Below the pieces are notes generated by a model. The model searched no databases, was not told where the DNA came from, and worked only from the letters and a program-made list of their open reading frames with translations. The position numbers and the translations under genes are program-made. A stretch of DNA of 64,000 bases, from NCBI GenBank assembly GCA_047601445.1, contig JASGJH010000001.1, positions 1,184,001 through 1,248,000 of the forward strand, written 5' to 3'. The DNA comes from Myxococcales bacterium. Its GTDB lineage: Bacteria; Myxococcota_A; Polyangia; Polyangiales; DASUME01. Below are positions 11,601-20,733 of the stretch, in pieces; the first letter of the stretch is position 1; the number at the start of each line of letters is the position of its first letter.

Positions 11601-12346
11601 CGGTGACCCTCATGATCGTCGTGCTTTTGCTGTTCTTGCACTTCAAGAACCTCATCGAGGTCTTGATCGTCCTGCTCTCGATCCCCTTCGCCTTGGTGGG
11701 CAGCGTATGGTTGCTGTGGCTCCTCGACTACCGCGTCTCGACCGCCGTCTGGGTGGGCATCATCGCCCTGGTCGGCCTCGCAGCCCAGACCGGGATCGTG
11801 ATGATCGTCTACATCGACCATGCCTACGAGCGCCGCAAGCGCGCAGGCAAGATTCGCGACCTCAACGACATCATCTGGGCGCACATGGAGGGCACGGTGC
11901 TGCGCGTTCGACCCAAGCTCATGACCGTCTCCACGATGCTGATCGGGCTGGTCCCGCTCCTCTGGGCGAGCGGTTCGGGCTCCGACGTGATGAAACGCAT
12001 CGCTGCTCCCATGGTCGGCGGCCTACTGACTTCGGCTTTCCTGACGCTCGAAATCATCCCGGTGATCTACACGTACTGGCGGCAGGAGCAGCTGCTCTGG
12101 GAGCTGCTGCCTGGTCACGACCGCGAACGGCTCGTGCGTCTCAAGGCGTTGGCGACGCTTCACGGTGCCGCGTGGCTGTCGCTGGCGGCGCTTGGTGTCA
12201 CGTTGGTCTACGTGCCACTGCCCGAAAGCCCCCGCGTCACCTGGCTAGCGGGTTCCTTGCTGCTCATCCTTGGCAGTGCGACGGGCTACCTCGCCCTGAG
12301 ACCTGCCGCGCGGCAGCTGGTGTGGCCGCGGGCCTCGAGCGGCTGA
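8621..12346 (+). CDS. cusA: CusA/SilA-family Cu(I)/Ag(I) RND efflux pump
   Basis: LDAIPDLSDPQVIV, EFMPPLNEGD, TDPAPITM, LRVRPKLMT, GSDVMKRIAAPMVGG motifs. Confidence 0.95.
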   Translation: MVEHIIEFCARNRFLVLLGVGFATLAALWSVERVKLDAIPDLSDPQVIVFTEWMGRSPTLVEDQVTYPIVSSLLGAPHVTDVRGYSMFGMSFVYVIFDEGTDVYWARSRVLEYMNGIRSRLPPAVDPVIGPDASGIGWVFQYALVDKSGKHGLDELRTFQDFNLRYALGSVQGVAEVASVGGYEKQYQVTVDPNRLRAFGVTLDDVIAAIRDSNSDVGGRILEMSGREYYIRGRGYIQDLASIERIALKAAPPTGTPVLVRDVAQVRFGPEIRRGLLEWNGEGEAVGAIVVMRYGENALEVIERIKQKLVEIKSSIPEGVELEIAYDRSGLIQRSVDTLKTALIEEAVVVSLVIVLFLLHVRSSLLPILSLPISVALSFIPMYLLDIPSTIMSLGGIAIAIGATVDAEIVMIEASHKKLEEAGPNADRRKLLAEAAKEVTPAIFFSLLIIAVAFLPVFTLTGQAGRLFKPLAYTKTFVMLFSALLSITFAPALRDVLIRGRIFPEKKHPISRFMVALYKPFVFVALRNPLSTIAIGVLALASAVPLASKLGHEFMPPLNEGDILYMPITFPNISIEQAKQQLQQQDRILKTFPEVESVFGKVGRAETPTDPAPITMVETTVRLRPREHWRKVMVQRWYSSWCPEWLKPALQPLWPELEPISWDALTSEMNRQMRFPGWTNAWTMPIKTRVDMLTTGIRTPIGIKVFGSDLAKVEAVGVKLEELLAPVRGTRSVLYERSLGGLYLDIEPNREALARYGLRVGDVQRVIETAIGGTPITMTVEGRSRFTVNVRYPQDLRSDIERLRQVLVPVPAGMQGPAPMTPEKGAQLAPDVESRVYLAQAMPGMENVASRPATATSGLPAPMTQSDAPAMDLGGGGMGPSQPATGAQGAVPLEPGTGRTAGKTYIPLGELASIRIVGGPPMVRDEDGMLVGYVYVDIDQVARDIGGYVDDAKRVVQEAIAQGELVLPPGYSLRWTGQYELLQETAARMKVVIPVTLMIVVLLLFLHFKNLIEVLIVLLSIPFALVGSVWLLWLLDYRVSTAVWVGIIALVGLAAQTGIVMIVYIDHAYERRKRAGKIRDLNDIIWAHMEGTVLRVRPKLMTVSTMLIGLVPLLWASGSGSDVMKRIAAPMVGGLLTSAFLTLEIIPVIYTYWRQEQLLWELLPGHDRERLVRLKALATLHGAAWLSLAALGVTLVYVPLPESPRVTWLAGSLLLILGSATGYLALRPAARQLVWPRASSG

Positions 12347-12394
12347 AGCGGTCCTCGGTGAGCGCAGGCTTTGGCGCTCTCATTTCTTGCCTCG

Positions 12395-13075
12395 CTACGA
12401 GCGGACTGGTTGGGGATCGAACCGTGGCAATGCGTCTCGACTCCGGTCGATTCGGGCGCCAATCCACAGCACCACAAGCAAGAGCAAATTGGTCGCCGCC
12501 ATAGCTTCGACTCCAGGCGGTGGTGGTCCGAAGTAGGCCCCGACGTTCACCGCAACCAGGAACGCGCTGAGCACCGCAAGCGCGATGACGCTACCGCGTC
12601 CGCGAGGCGAAGTGCTTCTCAGGTAGAGCGACATTCCAACCGCGAACAGCACCAGTTCCACGGAGAGAGCGGTTACCGGATAGTTCCAGAGGCCTAGCCC
12701 GAAGCGCGGACCGTGTGGAACCAGCGGCATGTCCGGTCCGTGGGAGATCCAGTCGAGAACGAAGTGGCTGACGACGCCGAGGAACAGCACCACAGCGATG
12801 CGGAAGGCACCGCGATGCAGTGCGAGATATCCCGCGCCGACCAGGAGTCCCCAGACGATCGACATCACGAAGCTATGGCTCACCCCCGTGTACTGGAGGT
12901 CGAGGGGCATGGCCTCGGTGATGCCCGGAACGATGCGAGCCTGCTCGATGCCCGTCACGATGAACACGCCCCACAGCAGGTCGAGGAAGACCGGCGCGAA
13001 GAGAAGCCAGCCCAACGAAGCGTCTCTGGCCCAACGCTTCGACGCGAAACCCACAGCGAGATGACCGATGCCCAT
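12395..13075 (-). CDS. Membrane-bound metal-dependent hydrolase-like protein
   Basis: MGIGH...DLLW...SHS...SHFVLDWISH pattern with several TM helices. Confidence 0.75.
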   Translation of the reverse strand: MGIGHLAVGFASKRWARDASLGWLLFAPVFLDLLWGVFIVTGIEQARIVPGITEAMPLDLQYTGVSHSFVMSIVWGLLVGAGYLALHRGAFRIAVVLFLGVVSHFVLDWISHGPDMPLVPHGPRFGLGLWNYPVTALSVELVLFAVGMSLYLRSTSPRGRGSVIALAVLSAFLVAVNVGAYFGPPPPGVEAMAATNLLLLVVLWIGARIDRSRDALPRFDPQPVRS

Positions 13076-13178
13076 GGCGCGCAGTGTACCGCACCGATCT
13101 CGGTCCGCTTCGACGCGCTCGCCAATCACCCCGTCGCAGCGAAGCGCAAGATGCCGCGCGGCGCTGGCCCCTCATGTC

Positions 13179-14657
13179 TCAGGGCGCGCTTGCCTTCCAA
13201 TCCGGCGCATAATTGTTGCCGCCGTAGGCCATGCAGAAGGCAGTGTTATCGTCGGCGTAGGTGGGGTCGGCGTTCACGACGGCGGGCCGAAGAGCGTCCC
13301 ACAGCTTGGCAGGGGAGTTCTGCTGCGCGAGATCTTCCAGTGAGAGCATGGCGGGGTCGAAGGTGTTCACGGGCGTGAGGTTGACGCCGACGACCACGAG
13401 ATCGAGGCCCGGATGGCCCTGGATCACCTGACCTCCCACGCCAATCGCTTGCCACACGCCCACGTCATACTGCTGCGAGCACGTGTACGGAAGGGTGTAG
13501 CCGCAGTTCGGTGATTCCATGAGCGGCGGGTGGGGATAGCTCTTGTGCAGTGCCACAGGCGCGCAGGAGCCTGGAAGCAAGGGCCCGACGGGCAGGGGGC
13601 CTGTCGCGAGATCGGCGATGCCGAGTCCATATCCTGAAGCGGAATTGAGCCAAGTCAGGTACCCGTACCCCGTGTTCGCGTCCTCGAAGGATGGGTGCGT
13701 CATGCGATAGATCCACTCGGCATCGAGAAGGCGCTCGCCCTTCCACACACCTCCGCGCAGCATGAGAAGGCCGACTTTGGCCATGTCATAGACGTCGGTG
13801 ATCCAACTGAAGGCGAGGACCTTATCCGGCGAGCCGTTGTTCCATGAGGAGTGTGCGAGGCCCAGCTTCTTGAAGAGGAAGCGCTGCGTGAACTCCTCGA
13901 GGTTCGCGCCCAGCCGTGCTGGGTCTTGCGCAATCGCAGTGTTCAGGACGTCGCTCAAGCTATTGATCTGCACCGTGCCCAGTGTGTCGTACTGCATGGA
14001 GCGCTTGCGCAAGCCGCTCGGGTCGTAGCTGAGGTCGGTATTGTGCGCGATCATGGCGAGCACGTGAGCGATCTTGGCGTCTTTGTTGTAGGTGAACTTC
14101 TCGTTGTCCGCGTCGAGCCAGTGATCGATGCGATCGGCGTCGCTCAGGGGGCCTTTCTTCAGCTCCGCGGTCGCCGGGATCTCGCGGGTCTGATAGGCCA
14201 CCATGCCGGTCACGAGGGCGCCAAGCGTCTTGGTCGCGGACCACGCACCGACCAGCGGCATACCTTCCACCTTGTATTGATGGCAGAGCTTGCCGTAGCG
14301 AACCACGGCCCAAGGCGTATTGAGGATGGCGTCGGCTGCCTTGAGCGCTTCAGGATCGAGCTTGCAGGCTTCGCGCACCTGGTCTTCAGGCACGAGCTCC
14401 CAGGGCATGGTGTCGAGGTTCTCGGTGGGCATCTCTTCGGATGCGTCTGGCTTGTCGAAATACCAGGCCCGCCCGGCGTCCTTGGCGGGTTCGCCTGCAT
14501 CCTCGTTCTGACGGGGCAGCGCGGCGGCGTCGGCTGGACCACCATCATCGGGCTCCTCGTGGGTACTCTTGTGACTGTCCCCTCCGCACGCGGTAGAGGC
14601 CAAGACCGTCAGGAACAGCAAGCGAGAACACCTTAGGCCAAGCGAGTCGAGCTTCAT
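13179..14657 (-). CDS. Serine hydrolase (beta-lactamase-like) lipoprotein
   Basis: Lipobox STAC, SxxK (SATK), DMAKVGLLMLRGGVW, GYGYLTWLN. Confidence 0.8.
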   Translation of the reverse strand: MKLDSLGLRCSRLLFLTVLASTACGGDSHKSTHEEPDDGGPADAAALPRQNEDAGEPAKDAGRAWYFDKPDASEEMPTENLDTMPWELVPEDQVREACKLDPEALKAADAILNTPWAVVRYGKLCHQYKVEGMPLVGAWSATKTLGALVTGMVAYQTREIPATAELKKGPLSDADRIDHWLDADNEKFTYNKDAKIAHVLAMIAHNTDLSYDPSGLRKRSMQYDTLGTVQINSLSDVLNTAIAQDPARLGANLEEFTQRFLFKKLGLAHSSWNNGSPDKVLAFSWITDVYDMAKVGLLMLRGGVWKGERLLDAEWIYRMTHPSFEDANTGYGYLTWLNSASGYGLGIADLATGPLPVGPLLPGSCAPVALHKSYPHPPLMESPNCGYTLPYTCSQQYDVGVWQAIGVGGQVIQGHPGLDLVVVGVNLTPVNTFDPAMLSLEDLAQQNSPAKLWDALRPAVVNADPTYADDNTAFCMAYGGNNYAPDWKASAP

Positions 14658-14824
14658 GGAAATGCACCCCAGCCCGTGACCTATCACGCAGCCTGCTCCG
14701 GCCTGAGCGGGTGGGACCTCTCTATCAACGAAAGGGCCGCTCCCTGCCAACCGCCCTCTGCGCGTGTGACCTCCGGGACCCAAATCTTGTCTCCCTGGAG
14801 CCCTCTCTTCGACGCGGTGCCTTC

Positions 14825-15844
14825 TCAGGGGCATCCCTCGACTGGCTGGATATTGTCGACGAACACGCCCGCGATTCCGCCGCCAGGAGCCGCAGCAAAT
14901 CGAATGTGGTCAAAAGCCTCCTTGGCTGTGAACGTGACGCAACTTGTTTGCCAATCACTGGTCGCAACCGCCGACGTGGCCACTAGCTGGTCTTGTCCGC
15001 AAGCTTGGCCTCCGACCCAAATCTCGGCGGCGCCAGCGCTTGCTCCAAAGAAAGCCCCCTGGGTTCGGAACGCCAGGTCGAACTGGAAGCTGTAGCTCTT
15101 GCCAGGCATCAAAGGGCTACACAACTTGGCCCCGACGGATTCGCGATTCCCCAGGACGTTGTAGACGACGAGGTAGGTGGCTCCGTCGCTCGCCGCAGGA
15201 GCCCCTTGAGACCCACTCCAACTCTGGTGCTCGTCCCAGATGTCGGGGCTGAACGAGCACTCTTGCCACGCCGCTGCGTCGAACGTGACGCCTGCGGACG
15301 CACCGGGCGTGCCAGGAGCCACGGCGCCCGCGGACGTGTTCACGCCCGGCACCCCTTCGAACGACGGATTCGACAGGCAGAGTTCGGCTGCTGGGCCGCC
15401 ACACCTGAGAACCTCCGCGGCCACCTCCGTGCTCGCGGTTTCAGCAGGACGCCCCAACTCGATACCTTCGATAGCGGTGTCGGTGGCGCTCACCGAGAGC
15501 TTGGCGCTGGCATCCAGACAGACATGGCGCTTCGCGCTCGTCGAGCCGTCCTCCCATAGGAACGTATAGGGGGCATTGCCCCCTTTCGCGACGGCTTCAA
15601 TGTCAGCGCAGTCACCGGTACAGGCCAGGGTGATGACCTCAATGGTCATCTTGTCCTGGTCTTGAACACGCACACGGAGCGCCTTATCGTCCCCGGCCCC
15701 CTGGTCGCCCGGGTCGTCAGCTCGCTCGTCGTCGCCACCATCATCCGGCTGACCGCGCTCAGGCCCTCGGTTGCTGTCGGTGTTCTGGCCGGAACAGGCG
15801 AACAAGAGGGCCACGAGCATCAGGGGAAGGGCGGTCCGCGTCAT
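14825..15844 (-). CDS. Hypothetical lipoprotein (NPSFE carbohydrate-binding-like C-terminal domain)
   Basis: LFAC lipobox, GGNAPYTFLW, LSNPSFEG, VFVDNI. Confidence 0.7.
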   Translation of the reverse strand: MTRTALPLMLVALLFACSGQNTDSNRGPERGQPDDGGDDERADDPGDQGAGDDKALRVRVQDQDKMTIEVITLACTGDCADIEAVAKGGNAPYTFLWEDGSTSAKRHVCLDASAKLSVSATDTAIEGIELGRPAETASTEVAAEVLRCGGPAAELCLSNPSFEGVPGVNTSAGAVAPGTPGASAGVTFDAAAWQECSFSPDIWDEHQSWSGSQGAPAASDGATYLVVYNVLGNRESVGAKLCSPLMPGKSYSFQFDLAFRTQGAFFGASAGAAEIWVGGQACGQDQLVATSAVATSDWQTSCVTFTAKEAFDHIRFAAAPGGGIAGVFVDNIQPVEGCP

Positions 15845-16102
15845 ATCTCTTCATGAGCCCACGCGCCGGATCCTTGGCGCGGGGGGCCGATGAAGCGACG
15901 AAGAGGCTCATCGAGTCGTTCGACCCTCCGGGGGCTCGCTAGCGCCCGGGTAGGACGTGTCGTGACGACATATGTACTGCCGACGAGAGAATCGGGGCGT
16001 TTTCATGAATTTTTTATGAGGCGGGAAAGCGACCTTCCGTCTGATCAAGTGCGCCCGCCCCGAGCTCAGGAGCAGTACATGGAAGTCGGCGCTCGCCGAA
16101 AC

Positions 16103-16837
16103 TCACCCCGTTGGACTCAGGTCGACGTTGAGCACCTTCAGCAAGACATTTGCTTGTGCGAGCTCGGTTTCGCTGGCGAGCACGCCGAATGCGAGCCGTA
16201 GCATGGTGTCGCGCGTGCCCTTCCAGCTCGCGTCGCTCCCATCCGACTCGAGCTGATAGCGATAGCCGAGAAACTCGATCCCGTGAATCAGCGCGTCGAG
16301 CACGTGCTCCTGCGTGGGTGGGCGACCAAGGGCCGCGGTCGCGTCGACCCAGCTCCGCTTCAACACTTGAATGCTCTCGCGGCGATAGTGCGATACCGGC
16401 GAGTACTCGTCGTGGAGCTCCGAGAACAGCGGGCGCAGCATAGGTCCGAGTTGCTCGCCCCAGCGCCGCCAGGCCAAGAGGCCGGCTTCGACCTTCTCGT
16501 AGGGTGCACGCGCTTGTGCGATCGCGCTGAGTATTCCGTCGATGAGCGCCTGGTTGACCTCGGCCAGGACCAGCTCGATGGGCTCGTCTACCGAGGTGAA
16601 ATACTTGTAGAAGGTGGGCCGCGACAGACGGGCCTCGGCGATCACCAGCTCCACGCTCATACCGTGATAGCCGACCCGTGTGAACACCGTGCGCGTCGCG
16701 TCGACCAGCGCCCGCTGCATGAGTGCTTGTTCGTCGGCACTCTTGAGCGGGCGACCGCGCGGCGGCGAGCGCCGAGTGCTTCGGCCGGTCGCCGCGTGAA
16801 CGGTCGCGCGTTTGGGCTTCTTGCGGGGCGAAGGCAT
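16103..16837 (-). CDS. TetR/AcrR-family transcriptional regulator
   Basis: HTH GYHGMSVELVIAEARLSRPTFYKYF. Confidence 0.9.
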   Translation of the reverse strand: MPSPRKKPKRATVHAATGRSTRRSPPRGRPLKSADEQALMQRALVDATRTVFTRVGYHGMSVELVIAEARLSRPTFYKYFTSVDEPIELVLAEVNQALIDGILSAIAQARAPYEKVEAGLLAWRRWGEQLGPMLRPLFSELHDEYSPVSHYRRESIQVLKRSWVDATAALGRPPTQEHVLDALIHGIEFLGYRYQLESDGSDASWKGTRDTMLRLAFGVLASETELAQANVLLKVLNVDLSPTG

Positions 16838-16851
16838 CTCACACGAATTAC

Positions 16852-16908
16852 GCTAACACGACTGTTAATGCAACTGCCTCTCGCAGAATTGTGCTAACAC
16901 GTTAGTTA
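16852..16908. promoter_or_regulatory. Two candidate TetR operators (GC-TAACA-N4-[T/A]GTTA)
   Basis: TAACAcgacTGTTA at 16854-16867 and TAACAcgttAGTTA at 16895-16908, in the AT-rich gap between divergent tetR and SDR genes. Confidence 0.65.
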
Positions 16909-17009
16909 GTTTAATTATGCGACGCAGGATCAGCCTTCTGCCGTCGCGGCAGGCGCCCCTGTTTTGCGGGTTTCCTCGCCAGAGCGGGTCCTCGTTACCG
17001 GAGTGCAAC

Positions 17010-17855
17010 ATGCTCAACGATCAAGTCATCCTCCTCACAGGCTGTTCCGCGGGCATCGGACATGCGCTCGCGCTCGAGCTCGCACAGCGGGGAAACCGCG
17101 TCTTTGCCAGTGCCCGCAAGCTCGATGGTTTGAAGGACCTCGAGGGCGAACCCAACATCGAAATTGTGCAGCTGGATGTGACTGACCTGGCGTCGATGGA
17201 GCGGGCAGTGGCCGAGGTTGTGAAGCGCGCGGGGCGCGTCGACGTGTTGGTGAACAACGCAGGCTTCAACTTGATTGGGCCCTTGGCCGAGGTTCCACTC
17301 GACGGTGTACGGCGCCTGTTCGAGACCAACGTGACGGGCCCTTTGGCCCTCATCCAGATGGTCTTTCCGCACATGGCGGAGCGGCGCTCGGGTCGCATCG
17401 TGAACGTGGGCAGCGTGGTTGGACTCTTGCCCACTCCGTTCGCGGGACCTTACTGCGCCACGAAGGCCGCCGTACACATGCTCTCCGAAGTGCTGCGAAT
17501 GGAACTCACCCCCTTCGGCATCGAGGTGGTGGTAGTCCAACCCGGTGGTGTGCGCTCCGGTCTCGCGGATGCCGCCGCCCAGGACTTGGCGCGCTACGCC
17601 GCACCTAGCTCGCGCTATCACCGCGCCTACGCGGGAATCGAGAAACGGGCGCGCGCCTCCCAGGATCGCCCCATGGAGAGCAGTGCCTTTGCACGCGAGA
17701 TCGCCGCAGCCATCCTCGCCGTAAGAGCGCCACGTGTCGTGCGGGCCGGCCGCGGCGCACGGCTGTACCCTGCGCTGAGCAGGGTGCCGGCACCGTTGCG
17801 GGACCGGCTCTTGATGAGGAACTTTGGACTCGAGCAGCTCAAGGCGCGCGAGTGA
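17010..17855 (+). CDS. SDR-family oxidoreductase
   Basis: TGCSAGIG, NNAG, YCATK. Confidence 0.92.
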   Translation: MLNDQVILLTGCSAGIGHALALELAQRGNRVFASARKLDGLKDLEGEPNIEIVQLDVTDLASMERAVAEVVKRAGRVDVLVNNAGFNLIGPLAEVPLDGVRRLFETNVTGPLALIQMVFPHMAERRSGRIVNVGSVVGLLPTPFAGPYCATKAAVHMLSEVLRMELTPFGIEVVVVQPGGVRSGLADAAAQDLARYAAPSSRYHRAYAGIEKRARASQDRPMESSAFAREIAAAILAVRAPRVVRAGRGARLYPALSRVPAPLRDRLLMRNFGLEQLKARE

Positions 17856-18196
17856 GCCACGAGCGCTGGCACCGTCGCGCCTGGTTTCCGGCGGAAACGC
17901 AATCAAGCCGCTTCTACGCCGCCGGGCATGGACCATCCACCGCCTCCGCTACTCGATCCCGTTGGCCGCGTTGCGGGCCAAGATGCACCACGGCGAGAGT
18001 GGCGTCGCTATCTCGTCTTGCTGCCCGTCGGAATCCTCTGCCCGAGCCATCCCGGCCAGCGGAGGGGGAGGACCGACCGCAGGATCACGAACCGCTTCTC
18101 CGAACGCTCCCCACCGTGGAGATGCTCGAGCATCACGATGACCGCGGCGAGGCTGAAGCTAGTGGCGCCCGCGCACAAGACGGCCCAGCTTGCTTC

Positions 18197-19081
18197 ATGC
18201 GGGGATCCCTTCGACGACCAAGCGCCCGGCGTCAGCATGGGCTGCTGGCGCTCCTATTCACGTGCTTGGTGGCCAGTGCCAGAGCGTCCGCGGAGGACGC
18301 CACCGACCTTCAAAAGAAGACGCAGAACCCGGTCGCGGACCTAGCCTCTGTGCCGTTTCAGTTCAACTTCAACTCCGGCGGCGACCTCAAAGATCGAACC
18401 CAATCGGTCGTGAACTTCCAGCCTGTCGTGCCCTTGCCAGTGACCGATCGTTGGAACGTGATCGTACGACCCGTGATCCCCATCGTGAATACCCCGACGG
18501 CCGGGGGAGGGCGCAAGCTAGGCCTGGCGGACATTCAACCCCAACTGTTCTTCACGCCTGCAGACGCGGGCAAGATTGTATGGGGACTCGGACCCGTGCT
18601 CTCCTTCCCGACCGCCACCAATGACGCCCTCAGGACGGGACAGTGGGGAGCGGGGCCGGCCGGCGTTCTGGTCATCTCCACGGGGCACTGGGTCGTGGGC
18701 CTGTTGAGCAACAACGTGTGGCGCGTCGCCGGTTCAAGGCGAGAACCCAAGCTCAATGCCTTTACCCTGCAGCCCTTCATCAACTTCAACTTCGGTCACG
18801 GCTGGGCCCTCTCGTTTGCCCCTCTCATCACCGCGAACTGGACCGCTCCATCACGCAACACTTGGACCGTGCCGCTCGGTGCGGGCGTGTCCAAGGTTCA
18901 TGCGATCGGCAAGCAGCCGGTCAATCTGTCGCTGCAGTACTACCGCAACGTGGCGTACCCGGACGGGTCCGGTGCAAACCAGCTGCGCATCGTTGTTGCG
19001 TTTCTCTTTCCGAAGGTCCCAATGGGGGCCGGTCCGATGGCCGCACCCGCGCCAGTCGGCGCGCCAGCGGAGCCGCACTGA
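18197..19081 (+). CDS. Putative outer-membrane beta-barrel (family often annotated 'neuromedin U'/transporter); start uncertain
   Basis: QNPVADLASVPFQ, FQPVVP, GPVLSFPTAT, WTVPLGAG motifs; signal peptide. Confidence 0.75.
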   Translation: MRGSLRRPSARRQHGLLALLFTCLVASARASAEDATDLQKKTQNPVADLASVPFQFNFNSGGDLKDRTQSVVNFQPVVPLPVTDRWNVIVRPVIPIVNTPTAGGGRKLGLADIQPQLFFTPADAGKIVWGLGPVLSFPTATNDALRTGQWGAGPAGVLVISTGHWVVGLLSNNVWRVAGSRREPKLNAFTLQPFINFNFGHGWALSFAPLITANWTAPSRNTWTVPLGAGVSKVHAIGKQPVNLSLQYYRNVAYPDGSGANQLRIVVAFLFPKVPMGAGPMAAPAPVGAPAEPH

Positions 19082-19128
19082 CGTCGGACAGGACTCGGCC
19101 CCACGGACCTTCGCGGCGCGACGACGGC

Positions 19129-20664
19129 TTACCGGCCTTGCTCGACGGCGGGCGGGGTCCAGGCTCCGCTGAGCACTTCGGGTTTCGGCCAGTATGTGCG
19201 AATGGTCATCTCGAAGTCGCTCATAGGCGCCGGCAGCCAGTTGGGTTCCTGGTCCTTTCCAGGCGAAGCGTGCTGGATGTAGAGCGTGAGTGAACCGTCG
19301 GAGTTGAGCTTCATGCTTTTCAGGTTCTTCGTCCCCACCGAATAACGGTTCATGGCATTGGGCACGAAGAAGTGGCGCGGGTCGTACATGCTCAGCGACC
19401 AAAAGCCGTCGACTGGCGGGATTCGGCCCTTGGCGAACGTAATCGTGTACTTCTTCTCGCCGTTCAATCGCTTCCCTTGACTGTCGACTTCCACGAAGAA
19501 GTAGCGGGTTTCTTCGGGCTTGTTGACATACATATTCGATTTGGCGGTGGCTGTACGCGTGAGGTAATCGAGACCAAAGCGTGCTCCGTTCGGCGGCGTA
19601 TTCCAGCCTCCAGGCAGCGCGATACCATTCGTGCGGAAGTCGAGCAGCGGTGCAACGACCTCTCGCTCCGTCTCCACAGCCGCCTTGGTTATCTTCGCTT
19701 TGACCTCCGGATTCTCCTGAGCGGCCTTCAACACCGCGCGAGCCATGGCGTAGCGACTCTTCTCGCCAGGCAGCGGCGGCACCTGTTCGAGCACCTGGGG
19801 CAGCTGGTCGAAGAACGTCTTCGGGTCCACCCACTTGGTCTCCGAGGAGGTCTTCTCTCCTGCGGAAAAGTGCGGTGTGTTCTTCCAGTCCTTGGTGACC
19901 TGCTTGCCCGTGTACTGGCTCAACGGGTAGACCACCACCTTGCTCAGCAGGCCTTGAATCGCTTCCCGATCTTCGGGGCTGTCGTCCATGAAGACACGTG
20001 GCCCCATCGCTACCAAATCGGTTGGCGCGCGTACGACCCCAGCAAAGCCATCAGGCCTTTCGCCGTCCCAGTTCGGGCCGACCACCAGGTAGTTTCCAGG
20101 CTTGGTGCCGTACTGTTGTCCAAGCGCTGAGAACTCGTCGCTCCGTGCGTCATAAAGCGAGTACACCCAGAAGCGGTCCCCGAAGTCTGGGATTTGAAGC
20201 ACGACCGGTTCTCTGTCCACAGCGCCGAACCCGAATCCGTAGACCACGTCTTGATTTGGATGCGCGACCCAGCGCTGCTCCGGGGACACGTAGTCGGTCA
20301 GCATCGACACGTAGCCGGTTGGTGCAACCGGCAGGATTCCGCCCTTGAGGCCAGGTTCCGGCGCCTTCGCAAAAGACTCACGTCGGTTGAACGCGTTGAC
20401 GAGGGCCCAACCCCAAACGTACAGGTCGCGCGCCGTCATCTCTGCGAACTCGGGCGTCATCACGGTGCCGTCGGGAACCCCTGGAATGGGCTGTGCTGCT
20501 GCAGAGGTCGCCACCGACGAGCTCTGGGGCTCCTTTGTCGTCGCGCTTTCGGGATCCGCACACTCGGGCGCAGCCGCTCCCATTGCGGGGCGTTGCTGCG
20601 AACTACAACTGCACAGCAGTAGAGCTAACGAGCGGCTGGCAAACTTCGATGCGCTCCGAGTCAT
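19129..20664 (-). CDS. DUF1254/DUF1214 domain lipoprotein
   Basis: [28 protein letters not shown]; lipobox-like LLCSC. Confidence 0.88.
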   Translation of the reverse strand: MTRSASKFASRSLALLLCSCSSQQRPAMGAAAPECADPESATTKEPQSSSVATSAAAQPIPGVPDGTVMTPEFAEMTARDLYVWGWALVNAFNRRESFAKAPEPGLKGGILPVAPTGYVSMLTDYVSPEQRWVAHPNQDVVYGFGFGAVDREPVVLQIPDFGDRFWVYSLYDARSDEFSALGQQYGTKPGNYLVVGPNWDGERPDGFAGVVRAPTDLVAMGPRVFMDDSPEDREAIQGLLSKVVVYPLSQYTGKQVTKDWKNTPHFSAGEKTSSETKWVDPKTFFDQLPQVLEQVPPLPGEKSRYAMARAVLKAAQENPEVKAKITKAAVETEREVVAPLLDFRTNGIALPGGWNTPPNGARFGLDYLTRTATAKSNMYVNKPEETRYFFVEVDSQGKRLNGEKKYTITFAKGRIPPVDGFWSLSMYDPRHFFVPNAMNRYSVGTKNLKSMKLNSDGSLTLYIQHASPGKDQEPNWLPAPMSDFEMTIRTYWPKPEVLSGAWTPPAVEQGR

Positions 20665-20733
20665 GCACACCAGGCTGCAATCGCGGTGCCAGCTTTTGTG
20701 CTGAACCGTGCACCTCCAAAAGAAACGTGCCGG

